64,000 bases of DNA, from contig NC_135886.1 in NCBI RefSeq assembly GCF_964194155.1, positions 31,868,001 through 31,932,000 on the forward strand. Reading direction: 5' to 3'. This stretch comes from Cetorhinus maximus. Taxonomy: Eukaryota. The notes under the pieces are model-generated. The model was not told the DNA's origin and did no database searches. It saw only the letters and a program-made list of their open reading frames with translations. The translations under genes were made by a program, and so were the position numbers. Within the stretch, counting starts at the first letter, position 1. Every line of letters starts with the position of its first letter. This document shows positions 38,990 to 51,250 of the stretch, one piece after another.

Positions 38990-39275
38990 AGAAAAATGAC
39001 CAGATAATTTGTTTCAATGATGCTGATTGGCTAGTGTAACAGCAGAACCCCCTCCCAACTGCTCTTTTTAAAATAGTACCATGTGATCATTTACGCCTTT
39101 CTGAGTGTACAAGGCCTCAGTTTAAAGTCTCATTTGAGTGATGGGACTGCCAACAGAGTAGCACACCCTCAGTGTGGTGTCAATCTAGGTTATGTACTGA
39201 AGCCCCTGAAGTGGGTTTGAACCTATAGCTATTTGACTTGGAGGTGGAAATACCATCACATAGCCAAAGCTGACA
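38990..39275 (-). mobile_element. Deu-domain SINE (SacSINE1/AmnSINE-like), ancient
   Basis: ggcctcagtttaaagtctcatttgagtgatgggactgccaacagagtagcacaccctcagt resembles my recollection of the DeuSINE consensus; tRNA-like B-box remnant gggtttgaacc. Confidence 0.55.
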
Positions 39276-39439
39276 ACTTGGAGGAACACAATTAAGGAAA
39301 CTGCACCAGGATTTGTCAGGGAGGATGTAGTTTGTGACTTTGGTTAGGGCCATTTTGATTCCACCTAGTTTTTATTATGATTTACTACTCTATTTCTAAT
39401 TCAATACCCCTTAATTTTCTGCGATACTCTCCTTAATGT

Positions 39440-40000
39440 TACTTTGTTAAAGGCTATCTGAAAATTCATGTACATTCACTGTGTTTCCCCCTTCCACCAG
39501 AGCTGCCACCTCCTCAAAGAACTCTATCCAGTTTGTCAACCATGATCTTCCTTTCTGAAATCCAAGTTTCCTGTTTCTTATTGTGTTCCCCTTTCCTGAA
39601 TATTTAGAGATTTCAGCTTTCATTAAATATCCCAAAATTTTCTCGAACAGTGTTATTTGGCCTGTAAATGCCAAGTTAAACTATTTGGCCTGTATATGCC
39701 AGGTTAACTCTGTCTCCCTTTTGGAAAATGGGTATTACAGTGGCCATTCTCCAATCCTCCTGCATGCATTGGGCGAAATTTCACGGCAGTGGGATTTTAC
39801 GTTCCCAACAAAGCCAATGAGGTTTAGAATGTCTCGCCGCCATTTAAGGCCCCGTCCCCGCTGAAACTGGGCCGTAAAATTCTGCCCATTCACCCTCATG
39901 TGAAACTTCTAAAAAAAATTCCTAGCAGCTGCACTATTTCTTCAGCCATTTCCCTCAGGAACATTGGATGGTTCTTCTTCATGGCCCAGCATTTTGTCCA
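39440..40000 (-). mobile_element. Old CR1 RT fragment
   Basis: GFQKGRSWLTNWIEFFEEV motif. Confidence 0.75.
39771..39887. mobile_element. Harbinger-type MITE (117 bp)
   Basis: GGGCGAAATTTCACGGC / GCCGTAAAATTCTGCCC TIRs, ATT/ATT TSD. Confidence 0.85.
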
Positions 40001-42700
40001 CAATTATTAAATTCAGTCATGAATTGAGCTAATTACTGTTTGAATGTAGTAATTAGATCAGTTAGTGATGCTATTTAATAAATATGTAACTACCTGATTC
40101 AAATTAATTAAGTTACTTATTACTTTAATCATTCATACTGTCTAAATTTAAACAATTAAACTAACGATTGAATTCATATAATCCATATATTTAACATAGT
40201 TGGTCAATCAAAAAGATGTCACCATAATTTATGAAATTAGTGTCTGGAATCATTAACTCATAACTTGTCATGTTATCATGCAGCCACACATTTTATCAAT
40301 GAACTATGGTACAATTCACCAACTATATTGAAAGTTATATAACTGTTATGTGGATTACCATCCATCATGATTAACATTGGAAAATATGCAAAAATTCCCC
40401 GGCCTACTGATGAGAAATATGAGAAATATCGTGGGTGATCTGCTGGTTTCAACTGTAGGTTGACTATCAGTCATTTTTTTGTTTTCTTTTTTAAAAATAT
40501 TTTTGTTTAAACAGTGACAGCTGATGATATCACTGGGGACTAGTCCCTCATTTTGACAGTACGATTTGAGTTGAATAAACATTGCTTCAGCAATTGTGTC
40601 ATTGTAGCTGTGTACATTAATTCAGCTCTGTCATACTGCCAAATGGACCTTCAGACCAGTTCCCCATAGTTACATGGTTTATTTTGTTCAGTTTCTGAAT
40701 ATTAAATGGTAAAAGAACACAAAGAAACACTGTGATAAGATCAGATGCCTCTTCAAATTATCCTGGTGGCTCTTGAAAAACAGAGACAGGGTAAATTTGT
40801 GCTGGAAGCATTAGGCAAGTTGAAGTGTTCTCATCCTTCACTTACCTAGGATTGAATAGGTGAAAAGTACTTTGGCATCAAGTTTCTGCACAGAAGAGAC
40901 AAACGTTCTCAACTATGACCCTGACTAAGCGAGACTTCTACAGACAGGAGAAGGGCTGTGTGAAGGATTTCTATTGCATTCTAGGAAAGTGTTTTCTGCA
41001 CGACAAAAATAGAATATTGAAGTGCAGTTGCGGAAGCTTATTTGCTGCTTGCATAAATATTGATGTCTTGTGTAATCATAATGGTGATGGCCTCCTCATA
41101 ACATTGTGGAGAACTGATGACCTGGCACTAATGTTCCAGTGATAGACAGGACAACTCTTCCATCGAGTAGGTCATCCTTACCAGTCCACTGGTCTTAATG
41201 GCTTTGAAGTTGAGAAAAGACATTTTTCTTGTCAACGTCATAGGCAAGGTGACACCATCCTTAATTGTATGTCTTTTTAAAGTACTATTTCGAAAAAAAA
41301 GACTTGGGGCAGGATTTTCCACTCAGTGTGCAGGCACGTGGCTGACACGCTCGAGTGTGAAATAACACGCGATGATGTCAGGCAAGCGTCCTGACGTCAT
41401 CACACGCTCGCACGTTATTTCAGTCGGCATGCCCGCTGACAATTAAGAGGCCTATTAAGGCCGTTAAAGTATTAATTAAAAGCTATTTCTCGCTGCCCGT
41501 CCAACGTTACGGTTGGTGAGTGGGCAAATCAGCCTTTACACTTTTGAGGAAACCTCATCCACGGCTGGGATGTCGTTTCCGACATTAATTTTTTAAAAAG
41601 TGTTTGGACATAATTTTTATTATGGACAGGATCTTCCGGTCGGCGAGCGAGGGAGGGGCTTGCTTGCCGACGCGTAAAATGATGCGGGATGACGTCGGGT
41701 GGAACTCACGACTTCACCACGCGTCATTTCCATTTTCAGGTCAGCGGGGGCACAGTCGAGTCAGCTGCGCGCCTGCCGACCTGTCAACAGCCTATTGAGG
41801 CCATTGAAAATCGAATGAACCTAATTAATGGACCTGCCCGTCCAACCTTAAGGTTGGCGGGCAGGCTGGGAGTCCTGGCAGGTTTCAGAAAAAGCATAAA
41901 ACCTGATCCATGGGCAGGATGAGGTTTCATGAGGGTATTTAAATTTTTATTAAAGGTTTCAATGAAAGTTATGGATGTGTCTCAACTCATGTGACAGTGT
42001 CATATGAGGGGACATGTCAAGGAAATTTTTTTATCATTTGTATTACAAATTTTAATTCCGAGCCGATCTCCCTGAGGCAGCACTTAGCCTCAGGGAGATC
42101 TGTGCGCTCTTTTGCACACATGCGCGAAAGAGCGCACTCCCGGCTGAGGGAATCCCCCCCCTACCCCCCCCCACCCCCCCGCCCGCACAGGCAGCACATA
42201 GTGCTTCCGAGCAGACATCACGCTGGGCAGGCCTTAATTGGCCCACCCACGTAAAATGGCGGCGCGCCCACTCCTGCACATCACCACGCACGTCCACGTG
42301 TAAAATGATGCGATATTTCGCTGGGGGGGTGTGCGACGATGTCAGACACGCACCCGCCATTAATTAATGGGCCACTTAAGGTCCTTTAGTCTTCATTCGA
42401 CGCTGATTTTTCGGCGTCCGTGCAATCTTTGGGTCGGCGCACGGGCGCAGCGGGTAGGCAGGTAGGTCACATTTGTATTAATCTTATTCACGGGCAGGAT
42501 AAGAGGGCTCACTGGGGTTGCGAGTATCCGCAGTCAAATATTTACTTATGAAAGTTATTGAAACTTGCCTGTGTGATCTGCAGTACTTCAAAATGCATAC
42601 CAGCTGCTTTTTCTGGACTCTTAACCTTCAGGTCAGCACTCTGCAGTGAGTAATCTTTTCTGGGCCTGCAGATTTCAGGAAGCCTTCCCTTAGCCTGGGA

Positions 42701-43923
42701 ATGGGAGCTGAACTGTCCACTGGAGGCAGCTCCTCTGAGGAGGAAGGGAGGGCTAGAAGAGGGAGGAGGCCAGGAGTGCACATTCAGCCTCCAGGGGAGC
42801 CACCTTTGGGAGGACAGGCGCAGGCACAAGGGGCACAGGGCCAAGAGGTAGTCCAAGGCAGAAGGGGCCGCAGAAGGCGCCACTATCCTGCTGCCAGGGT
42901 TTACAGGCGGCGAAGCATCTACCTCAATATGTCTGAGGTGCAGTGCTGAAGGAGGCTCCATCTCTCAAGGGAGACAGTCAACTATATCTGTCAGAAGATA
43001 GGGCCTGAGATCTCTGCTAACTGTGTGGGTGGACACCCCATGCCAGTGGCTCTAAAGGTCACAGCTGCCCTCAACTTCTATGCCTCTGGCTCCTTCCAGG
43101 GGTCGGTGGGTGATCTTTGCGGTGTCTCCCAATCAGCTGTCCCCACATATGTCAAGCAGGTTACAGGCGTGCATTGACCTTCATCCACTACCGTTGGGAC
43201 CAGGCAAGTCAGACACAGCGAGCCAGAGACTTCACGGCCATTGCTGGCTTCCCCCGTGTCCAGGGTGCTATAGACTGCACACATGTGGCCATCAAGGCGC
43301 CAGCAGGTGAGCCCGGTGCCTTCGTCAACAGGAAGGGCTTCCACTCCATGAACGTGCAGATAGTGTGTGATGACAGGATGCAGATTCTACAAGTCTGTGC
43401 AAGGTACCCAGGCAGCTCCCACGATGCCTACATCCTGAGACACTCCCAGGTGCCGGGGCTCTTCAGTGCTCCAGCCCGGCTGAATGGATGGCTGGTGAGT
43501 GACAAGGGCTATCCCCTCAGAAGGTGGCTTATGATGCCTCTCGGCCATCCAAGAACAGAAGCTGAGCAGCGGTACAATAGGATCCACGCCTCCACAAGGG
43601 CTGTGGTGGAGAGAACCATCGATTTTCTCAAGATGCGCTTCTGATGCTTGGACTGGTCAGGGGCCGCACTCCAGTACCCCCCAGATCGTGTGTCGGTGAT
43701 AGTGGTTACATACTGCGCTCTCCAAAATCATGCACTGGAAACGGGGGATGCAGTGGATGAGGAAAACATTGACGCAGTAGCTGCGGCTGCACACGATGAC
43801 TCCAGCAATGAGTCCAAGGATGAGCATGCACAGGGAAATGCTGAGGGGGTAGACGCTGACCCGGGCATACTCCAGGGAGGCAGGGACACCCGGGAGGCTT
43901 TATTCCAATGAACCTTCAGCTAG
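42701..43923 (+). pseudogene. Harbinger (HARBI1-like) DDE transposase, inactivated
   Basis: YLNMSEVQC*RRLHLSRE...LKVTAALNFYASGSFQ...AGFPRVQGAIDCTHVAI...FVNRKGFHSMNVQIVCD...YPGSSHDAYIL...SDKGYP...RAVVERTIDFLKMRF*CLD...LQYPPDRVSVIVVTYCALQN. In-frame TGA at 42947, 43642 and 43909; frameshift near 43170. Confidence 0.93.
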
Positions 43924-44249
43924 CATACCATAGATGGACCTCCTGGACAAGCCTGGGCTGTAGGCTCCATACTCGATACCTAAGTGCCAAATCTTCCAGG
44001 TTAGGAACAGTAACTAAGGGCCTTGTTAATAAAGCTGAATGTCCAACAAAGCACTCATTACAGTTTTGGAAACCAAACACATGCAGAAGAAAAGAGACAC
44101 CCTCAGCCATGGTGACATGTCTGAATTTAATATGTCAAGCAAATTTACCTATTCCAAAAAAAAAGACAATAGTGTTACAAAATGGAGCAAATCATAAGGA
44201 CCTCATCTCGGGCCAACACAAAAGCACCAGTGAAAAACCCGTGGTGTGC

Positions 44250-46576
44250 CTTAGGTGCCTTATGTCTTTGTTTCAGGGTGCTACGTCTTGGTGCTGCCCC
44301 ATCCCTCGGCGTGGCATCTGAGACAGCCTGCTGACTCTGCTGTCCTGTTGGCCTTGAAACCTTGGCGCTTGTCCTCAGGCCCATGGAGCCTGTGCTGGCC
44401 CCGTTTGGGAGGGAGCTGCCAGTTGCACAGCTGGCATCTCCCCAGTCGTCGCAGCCTCACCGGATGCTATGGTTACTGGCAGACGGGTGGAGCTGCTGCC
44501 CTCATCCGGAGAGCCCTGAGAGGTGCTTGCAGAGACACCAGTCAGCTGCTGAGCCAGCGTGAGGTCATTTTGGACCTCCCTGCTCACCATGGATGGATGG
44601 GCACCAAGCTGGGAAAGTTGATGCCCAGATCATCTCCCACACTGGCACTGACTAGCTGAGGTCAATGCCAATGTGAGGGCTTGCTGGTCCGAGCGCATCC
44701 CCAGGAAGCCCTGACGGGTCTCCTGGAGGACCCTCTCCACGAGAGTCACCACTCTCTCCATGGAGGACGCGTGGTGCTCGGACATGTGGCTCATTGCTTC
44801 GGTGAGAGTCTGCGTAGACTCCTCCTCCACAGAGACCAAGCCAAGCATAGCCTCATGTATCTCCACCAGATGCTCCCACACACCCGGCTGCATTTCCTGC
44901 ACCTGCAGCGTCACGGACAACTCCAGAAGCACATCATCAGGCACTGACTGTGCTTGTGCCTGGTCCCCTGCAGTCCTCCGACTGCTGGTGCCATGGGCAC
45001 TCTCTGTCTCCGCCAGCTCCTCCAGTGGCTGTGAAGTGCCCTCACCAATGTGTCCGGGGACACTAGTCGATGTTCTAATTCCCACCGAGGTGCTAGTATC
45101 CGCGCTGGTGCCTGCCTGGCAGAGATGGTGTGACGCTGGTGAGACTTCAGGCTCCTCAGGTGTGAGAGCGGGTCTCCACTGCTCCTCCACCTGGCCCTGC
45201 TCCGCTGATGCTGAAAGGAAGAACAAGGACAATGGATCAGTTAACGTGGAGACAATGACAAAGTGCATCCCTGTCCCCCGGATCATTATGCACTCATCCT
45301 TCAATGGTCAAGCCATGTTGCAAAATTAAATCAATTAACATTCAGCAGTGCTATGGCTGTTGGGAGAACAATGCTGACCTCACTGTTGGGCATAAATACC
45401 TGGCCGTGGCCCCCCAGCCTCACCGACACCAGTGGACCTTGGCGCATGGTGCCTCTCCAGATCCAGGGCTTCCTGCTCGAAGTGGCTAAGAATGATGATC
45501 TGCGCCTGGCCGCCGCCAGTCCTCACCCGCTCTGCCGCGTTATGAGCATTGTCCCCCTGAAAATGAGAGACGAGCATTGATTAGTGAAAATTGCACATGG
45601 ATTCTCTTCGCGCACGGCCCACCCCAACCAGAGTGGGACATATCAGTGCTCCAGAGCCTCCTCACCCCACTGCTGCTGATCACTCACACAAAGATGCTAG
45701 CGCTGCTCTACACACCCCCCACCCCTCCCTTGGCCACATGCTGCCTACATCACATTAGGCACCACACGGTATATCCTTCCATAGCAAAGAGGCACAAGCA
45801 CATGGAGTGCAGAGCGCAGCAGATGGTTCGTTGCCATGCCACCTTGAAGCTACCCTCCCAGCATCTCATCACCCTGACCTGGACACGTTGTGCAGTTCAA
45901 ACACAGCGCCTAGGTGCAGCTCCTCCAGGCTGCCCCCAAGCCAGTCATGTGGGTCTCAGTGTACCACATGCTGCGGGCGCAGAATCCATCTCTTCATCAC
46001 CCTCTCAGGCTGACCTCAGCATGGGCAATATCTGCTGGCCCACCCAGCAAAGGGCAAACGTCGTCAATAATTCAATGCAGTCACTACATTCAGACTCGTT
46101 GGGCGGGGGGCAGCAGGGGGGAAAGCCGACCTGCTGGGTTAAGTGACCAATGCCAATATGGTACACAACCTGTCAGAGCGCAACAAGTCATTGAAGCCTT
46201 TGCGATACTGGACCCAGATGCTCCGCATCACGTTGCCGGTGCTCCCCACCTCCGCCACCTCCTCCCAGGCACATTTTGTCAAATGCAGAGGCCTCCTCCT
46301 CCCACCCCACAGGAACCAGCACCTCACAGAATCACAGAATCACACAGTGCAGAAGAGACCCTTCGGCCCATCGACCTCCTGCTGTGCTGCCATCTCCTCG
46401 AGGAGGGCAGCAAGACAGTCATCTGAGAAACGAGGGACATACTGGCCCCACCCCACCCTACCCTCCAGCCTGGCCTTTCCTGCTGCCCTATCCTTCAGCC
46501 TGGCCTGCTCCGTTGGCCTATCCTCTGGACTGGCCTGCTCGCCAGAAGCCCCCTGGTGAGCCCTTCCACTTGCCAT
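44250..46576 (-). pseudogene. Harbinger Myb/SANT-like (NAIF1-type) DNA-binding partner gene, about three exons, disrupted
   Basis: Exon 1 PRFSDDCLAALLEEM...GGRRRPLHLTKCAWEEVAEV...WVQYRKGFNDLLRS; exon 2 after ttttcAG at 45556 (AHNAAERVRTGGGQAQIIILSHFEQEAL); exon 3 after ttcctttcAG at ~45210 with a low-complexity/coiled-coil-like tail. Confidence 0.85.
46326..46373 (-). mobile_element. 48-bp extreme 5'-truncated CR1 tail insertion
   Basis: acagaatcacagaatcacacagtgcagaagagacccttcggcccatcg closely matches ~17190-17238; flanked by ACCTC direct repeats. Confidence 0.85.
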
Positions 46577-47217
46577 TGTGAGCAGCATTGCAAAGGCTGC
46601 CAGCACTTCATATAAACAGGCCGCCGGGTCGCCATTGGACCCAGCGGACAATGCACTCCCGCCGCTGCCCGCCCACTTCCACTATCCTCGGAAGTCGCTC
46701 ATTATGCTGGGCGGGCATCAATTGGCATCTCGTTCTAGCGTCAGCCAATGTACCTCCAGTCCAAAACGTTTAAAAGAAATTCCCACCGCATTATTACCCC
46801 AGACTTGAAATGATGCTGCATCATCTTTGCAGCTGGATCAACAAAATATTCAAAATTCATGCTGGATAAAGAAGATTAAGAATTGTGATAGTAACATTAT
46901 TAAAGGTGTACTGTCAATGAGTTTTCTTTCATTTCCAGTATTTCTGGTTGAATGGAAATGCTGACAGCAAAAATAACTGTAGCCACTATGTTAAATTAGA
47001 GTGCCACAAAATAAGGATGACTCATCCTTTATTCATCAAAAGAGGGAAGTATGGCCTTGAAATAAACTATGTAGGGTACATTTTGTAGGACATGGATCTC
47101 GCAATAATACAGAGATGCTTTACTGCACTTCAAATAACTTCTAGTGTCCTGAAAAGTCCAAGAAAATTCCATTCTCCTTGCACCTAAACTTTCAGCTCAT
47201 GCATTGTGATAGTCGAT

Positions 47218-49710
47218 ACATAGGAACATAAGGTCAGGAATTGGCCATTTAGCACCTCGATCCTGTTCCTCTATTTAATAATCATGGCTGACCTGCAAAC
47301 TAACTCAGTATACCTGCCTTTGCCCCATATCTGTTAATAACTTTGGATAACAAAATCTGTCAATCTTAGATTTTAAATTAGCAATTAATCTAGTTTAAAT
47401 TGGCATTTGTGGAAGAAAATTCCAAACCTCTGTCGTCCTTTGTTTGCAAAAATGTTGCATAATGTCATTTCTGAAAGGTCTACTCTAATAGAACACTCTA
47501 GTCCAAGACCCCCCAACGAGCAGAAATAGTCTTTATCTCTTTATCTACCCACTCTAAATATCTTGAAAACTTTGATCAAATCACCCCATGGCTTTCTCAA
47601 TTCCAGGGAATACAACCCCAGATTGTGAAAATAAAAGCAAAATATTGTGGGATGCTGGAAATCTGAAACAGATTGTGAAATCTCTCCTCATAATTTAACT
47701 CTTGGAGTCCAGTTACTGTTCTGGTAAACCTACACTGCATTCCCTCCAAGGCCAATGCGTCACCCATAAAGTGTGGTTCCCTGAATTGCTCACAATACTC
47801 CAGGTGTGGTCTAACCAGGGTTTTGTACTGTGGAAACATGATTTCTGCTCCCCTTGTATTCTAGTTCTCTAGATATAAAGACCAGCATTCCATTAGCTTT
47901 TTTGATTTTTTTTTGTTCTTGTTCTTGTTCCTGACATTTTAATTATTTGTGTACCTGAACCATCAATTCTCTTTAGACCTCCACTATTTCTAGCTGGCAC
48001 CATTTAGGAATTACCCATTTTAGGTCCAAAGTGGGCAACCTCACTTTTACCTACATTGAAATTAATTTGCCATCGTTTGCCCATTCACTAAAAATTACAA
48101 AGCGTTATTCATATTGTTTATATTTCCATCTACACTGCTTACAATGTCGCCTATCTTTAAGTCATTGGCATATTTGGATATGTGGCTTTCTATCACATCA
48201 TCTAAATTGTTAATAAATATGGTGAATATATGAAGCCCTAACAGCAATCCTTGTGGGATAGTTTGAGTCACATTCTGCAAATTAGACCACCTGCTCATTA
48301 TCCCTATTCTTTGTCTCCTGTCGCTCAGTCAATTTTCTCACCAGGTCAATAATTTACCTTCAATTCCATGGGCTTCAACTTTAGCTAACGTTCTCGTATG
48401 AGAGATATTATCAGATGTCTTCTGGAAGTCCATAAAAATGGCGTCCATAGACATGCCCCTGTCTACTTCTTTACTCATTGCTTCAAAAAAATTAACTGAG
48501 TTTGTTGGACTTACCATTTACAAATCCATGCTGGCTCCCCCTAATTAGCTGAAATTGTTCAAGATGTCCAGTCATGCTATTCTGTCGCGTTAGGCTCTCG
48601 CAATTTCCTGACAACAGATGTTAGGGTAACTGGTTTATAATTCCATGGTTTCCTTCTGTCATCTTTGTTAAATGATGGAGTGGCATGTGCAATTTTCCAA
48701 TCTAAAGGAATGGTTCCCGAGTGTGAGAGAAATTTTGGAAAATTATAGTTAGGGCATCTGCAATCTTCTCACCTATTCACCTGGTCCTGGGATTAGTTAC
48801 ACTTCCTACATTACCGTTACTTCTTTTGTGTTAATTTTGGTGAGTATCTGTCCCTAATTCAATATTAGCTTCCTTGGGATTCTTTCATGCTGACCTCTTC
48901 TCTCTTGTAAATAGTGATGCAAAATATTTATTCAGCATGTCTGCAATTTCCTTATTTTTATTGACAACATCATATCATCAACATCAGTTATCAAGGGACT
49001 GACATTGCTCTTAACCACCAGCTTTCTCTTCATATGCTGGTAATTTTTTTTGCATTGATTTTGATATTACTTGCACGTTTCCTTTCATACTTTCTTTTTG
49101 TAGCTTTTCCTATCTGTTTTGTCACACTTTGCTGTTCTTTGTATTTTTCCCATTCGCCAGCTTCTGTGCTTTTTACGTGTATTTATATGCTTTTTATTTT
49201 ATCTTTATGTTGTCTTTTATCACTTTAGTTATCCATGGTTGCCTTTTTCAGCAAGTAGAGCTCTTGCCCCTTTGGGGTATAAACTGGTTCTGTATCACAT
49301 TAAATTATTTTTTGAACACCTCCTTCTGACATTGTGTCATTTTATCTATTAACAGGTTTGCCTAGTTTACTAGGAACAGTCTCTGTTGCATCTCACTAAA
49401 GTTAGCCTTACCTAAATCTAAATTCTTAGTTGCTGTTTCACATTGCTCCCTTTGAAACACTATTTTGAACTTGATCGTGTATGATCATTATTAGATAAAC
49501 GTTCAAGTATTGTTGAGCAGTTGACTGAATCTATGTCATTGCTCATTACTAGATCCAATATAGCATGCTCCCTTGATGGTTCTAGGATATATTGCTGCAG
49601 AAAACTATCCCAGACAAACTCAAGAAAGTCACTTCCTTTCTGGCATGTGCTAATCTGCTTGTCCAGTCTATATGAAAGTTAAAATCCCTTATTAAAACCG
49701 CTCTGCCATT
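47218..49710 (-). mobile_element. Old CR1 LINE (endonuclease to 3' UTR), decayed
   Basis: YKTLVRPHLEYC, IPQGLLLGLHIFTIFINNLD, SKYAND; acataggaacata tail. Confidence 0.85.
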
Positions 49711-50384
49711 CCTGAGACAAAACTTATATTACTGGATTAATGCTACACAGATGTCAGGAATTCCATTATTATAGTAATATTAGTCCTCTGCAACAAAAAT
49801 AAACTAAACAAATAAAAGCATTTTACTTATGCCTTCCCTTTATACCACACCCACCCTACCTACCTCCCTCCCCCCATCTGGCCCACCCCCAGTTCTCTGC
49901 TGGAGTACTTACACAGGACCTTAGTTAAGGTGCTCTTATCTAGTCCATGCTAAACACTGCAAGAAGCAACAGGTTAGAGTTTGAAGACTGCACATGAAAG
50001 GGCAAACTAGATATGATTGATTGAATAAAGGCATGTTTGACACATATTTCACATGACAGAGTTTTAAATATTTAGGAAGAAATGGAAAAATAGTTAGAAG
50101 GGATTTGCATTACCAATGAAATAGATCTGATGGAAATCAAGAACAGCAATTTGACCTCAGATGAAAGGAATCAACGTGACTGGAACTTTTGGCATGAAAG
50201 GAAATACATTAATTGGGAATCATTAAAAAATGCCAATGCAATGGGCAGATACTGATGTGGAATTATTCAATTGGTAGGAGCATAGGAGAAAAGGAAGGGA
50301 CTAGTTATTGATGACTTTAAATTAAACCTGATGGAGATCTTCAAAATTGTAAATGTAAATCCAAGGAGTGACTGCAGAGCTGTG

Positions 50385-51250
50385 AGGTGTAGAGGGATCT
50401 AGGGGCGCTAGTGCATGAATATCAATATCAAAAGGCTAATATGCAGGTACAGCAAGTAATTAGGAAAACTAATAGAATGCTATCATTTATTGTGAGGGAG
50501 GTAGTAGAGTACAAAAGTAGGGAGGTTATGCTTCATCTATACAGGGCATTAGTGAGACCACGGGTGGAATTTTACGGCCTGGTCATGGTGGGGGCAGAGC
50601 TGGATAATGCAGCAAGCCGTTCAAAAGTCCATTGACTTCGGCGGGACCGGAAAATCCTGCCGGCAGGAGGGGTCGTAAAATTCCACCCCACATCTGGAGT
50701 ACTGTGTACAGCATTGGCCTCCTTATTTAAGGAAGGATGTAGGTGTGTTCGAAGCATTTCAGATGAGGTTTACTAAAGTAATACATGGGTTGGGCGGGTT
50801 GTCTTATGAGGAATGGTTGAACAGGCAAGACTTGTACCTGCCAGAGTTTAGAAGAGTAAGAGGTGACTTGATTGAAACATATAAGATCCTGAGGGGCCTT
50901 GACAGGATCGATGTGGAGAGGATGTTTCCTCTTAAGGGAGAATCTAGTACTAGGGGCCACTGTTTAAAAATAAGGGGTCACCCATTTAGGACAGAAATGA
51001 AGAGAATTTTTTTTCTCTCAGAGGGTTGTGTGTCTTTAGAACTCTTCCTCAAAAGTTGGTGGAAGCAGAGTCTTTGAATATTTTTAAGGCAGAGGTAGAT
51101 ACATTCTTGATAAACAAGGGGGTGATGGGTTATCAGGACAGGTGGGAATGGGGAATTGAGGTTACAATCAGATCAGCTGCTTTCTCATTGAATGGCGGAG
51201 CAGGTTCGAAGGGCCAAGTGGCCACCTCCAGTTCCTAATTTGTATGTCCA
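50385..51250 (+). mobile_element. CR1 LINE 3' fragment interrupted by a MITE
   Basis: YKSREVMLHLYRALVRP|HLEYC, RGDLIETYKILRGLDRIDVERMFPL, followed by 3' UTR. Confidence 0.9.
50562..50688. mobile_element. Harbinger-type MITE (127 bp)
   Basis: GGGTGGAATTTTACG / CGTAAAATTCCACCC perfect 15-bp TIR, CAC/CAC TSD. Excision restores the CR1 codons aga cca cat ctg gag (RPHLE). Confidence 0.95.

Larger units (their letters stand above)
41307..46790. mobile_element. Composite near-full-length PIF/Harbinger transposon
   Basis: Left-end modules GGGCAGGATTTTCC (41307) and GGACAGGATCTTCC (41624); transposase (+) and convergent Myb/SANT gene (-); subterminal motif gctgggcgggc..aattggc at ~46706 as at ~38631 and ~42223. 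Exact right end uncertain. Confidence 0.85.

Noticed and set aside
43117-43644. Possible domesticated HARBI1 host gene
   Set aside because: Stops, a frameshift, TIR-like ends and related copies nearby indicate a transposon copy.
44760-46426. Plus-strand ORFs of 170-189 aa
   Set aside because: Antisense shadows of the GC-rich Myb/SANT gene and its intron.
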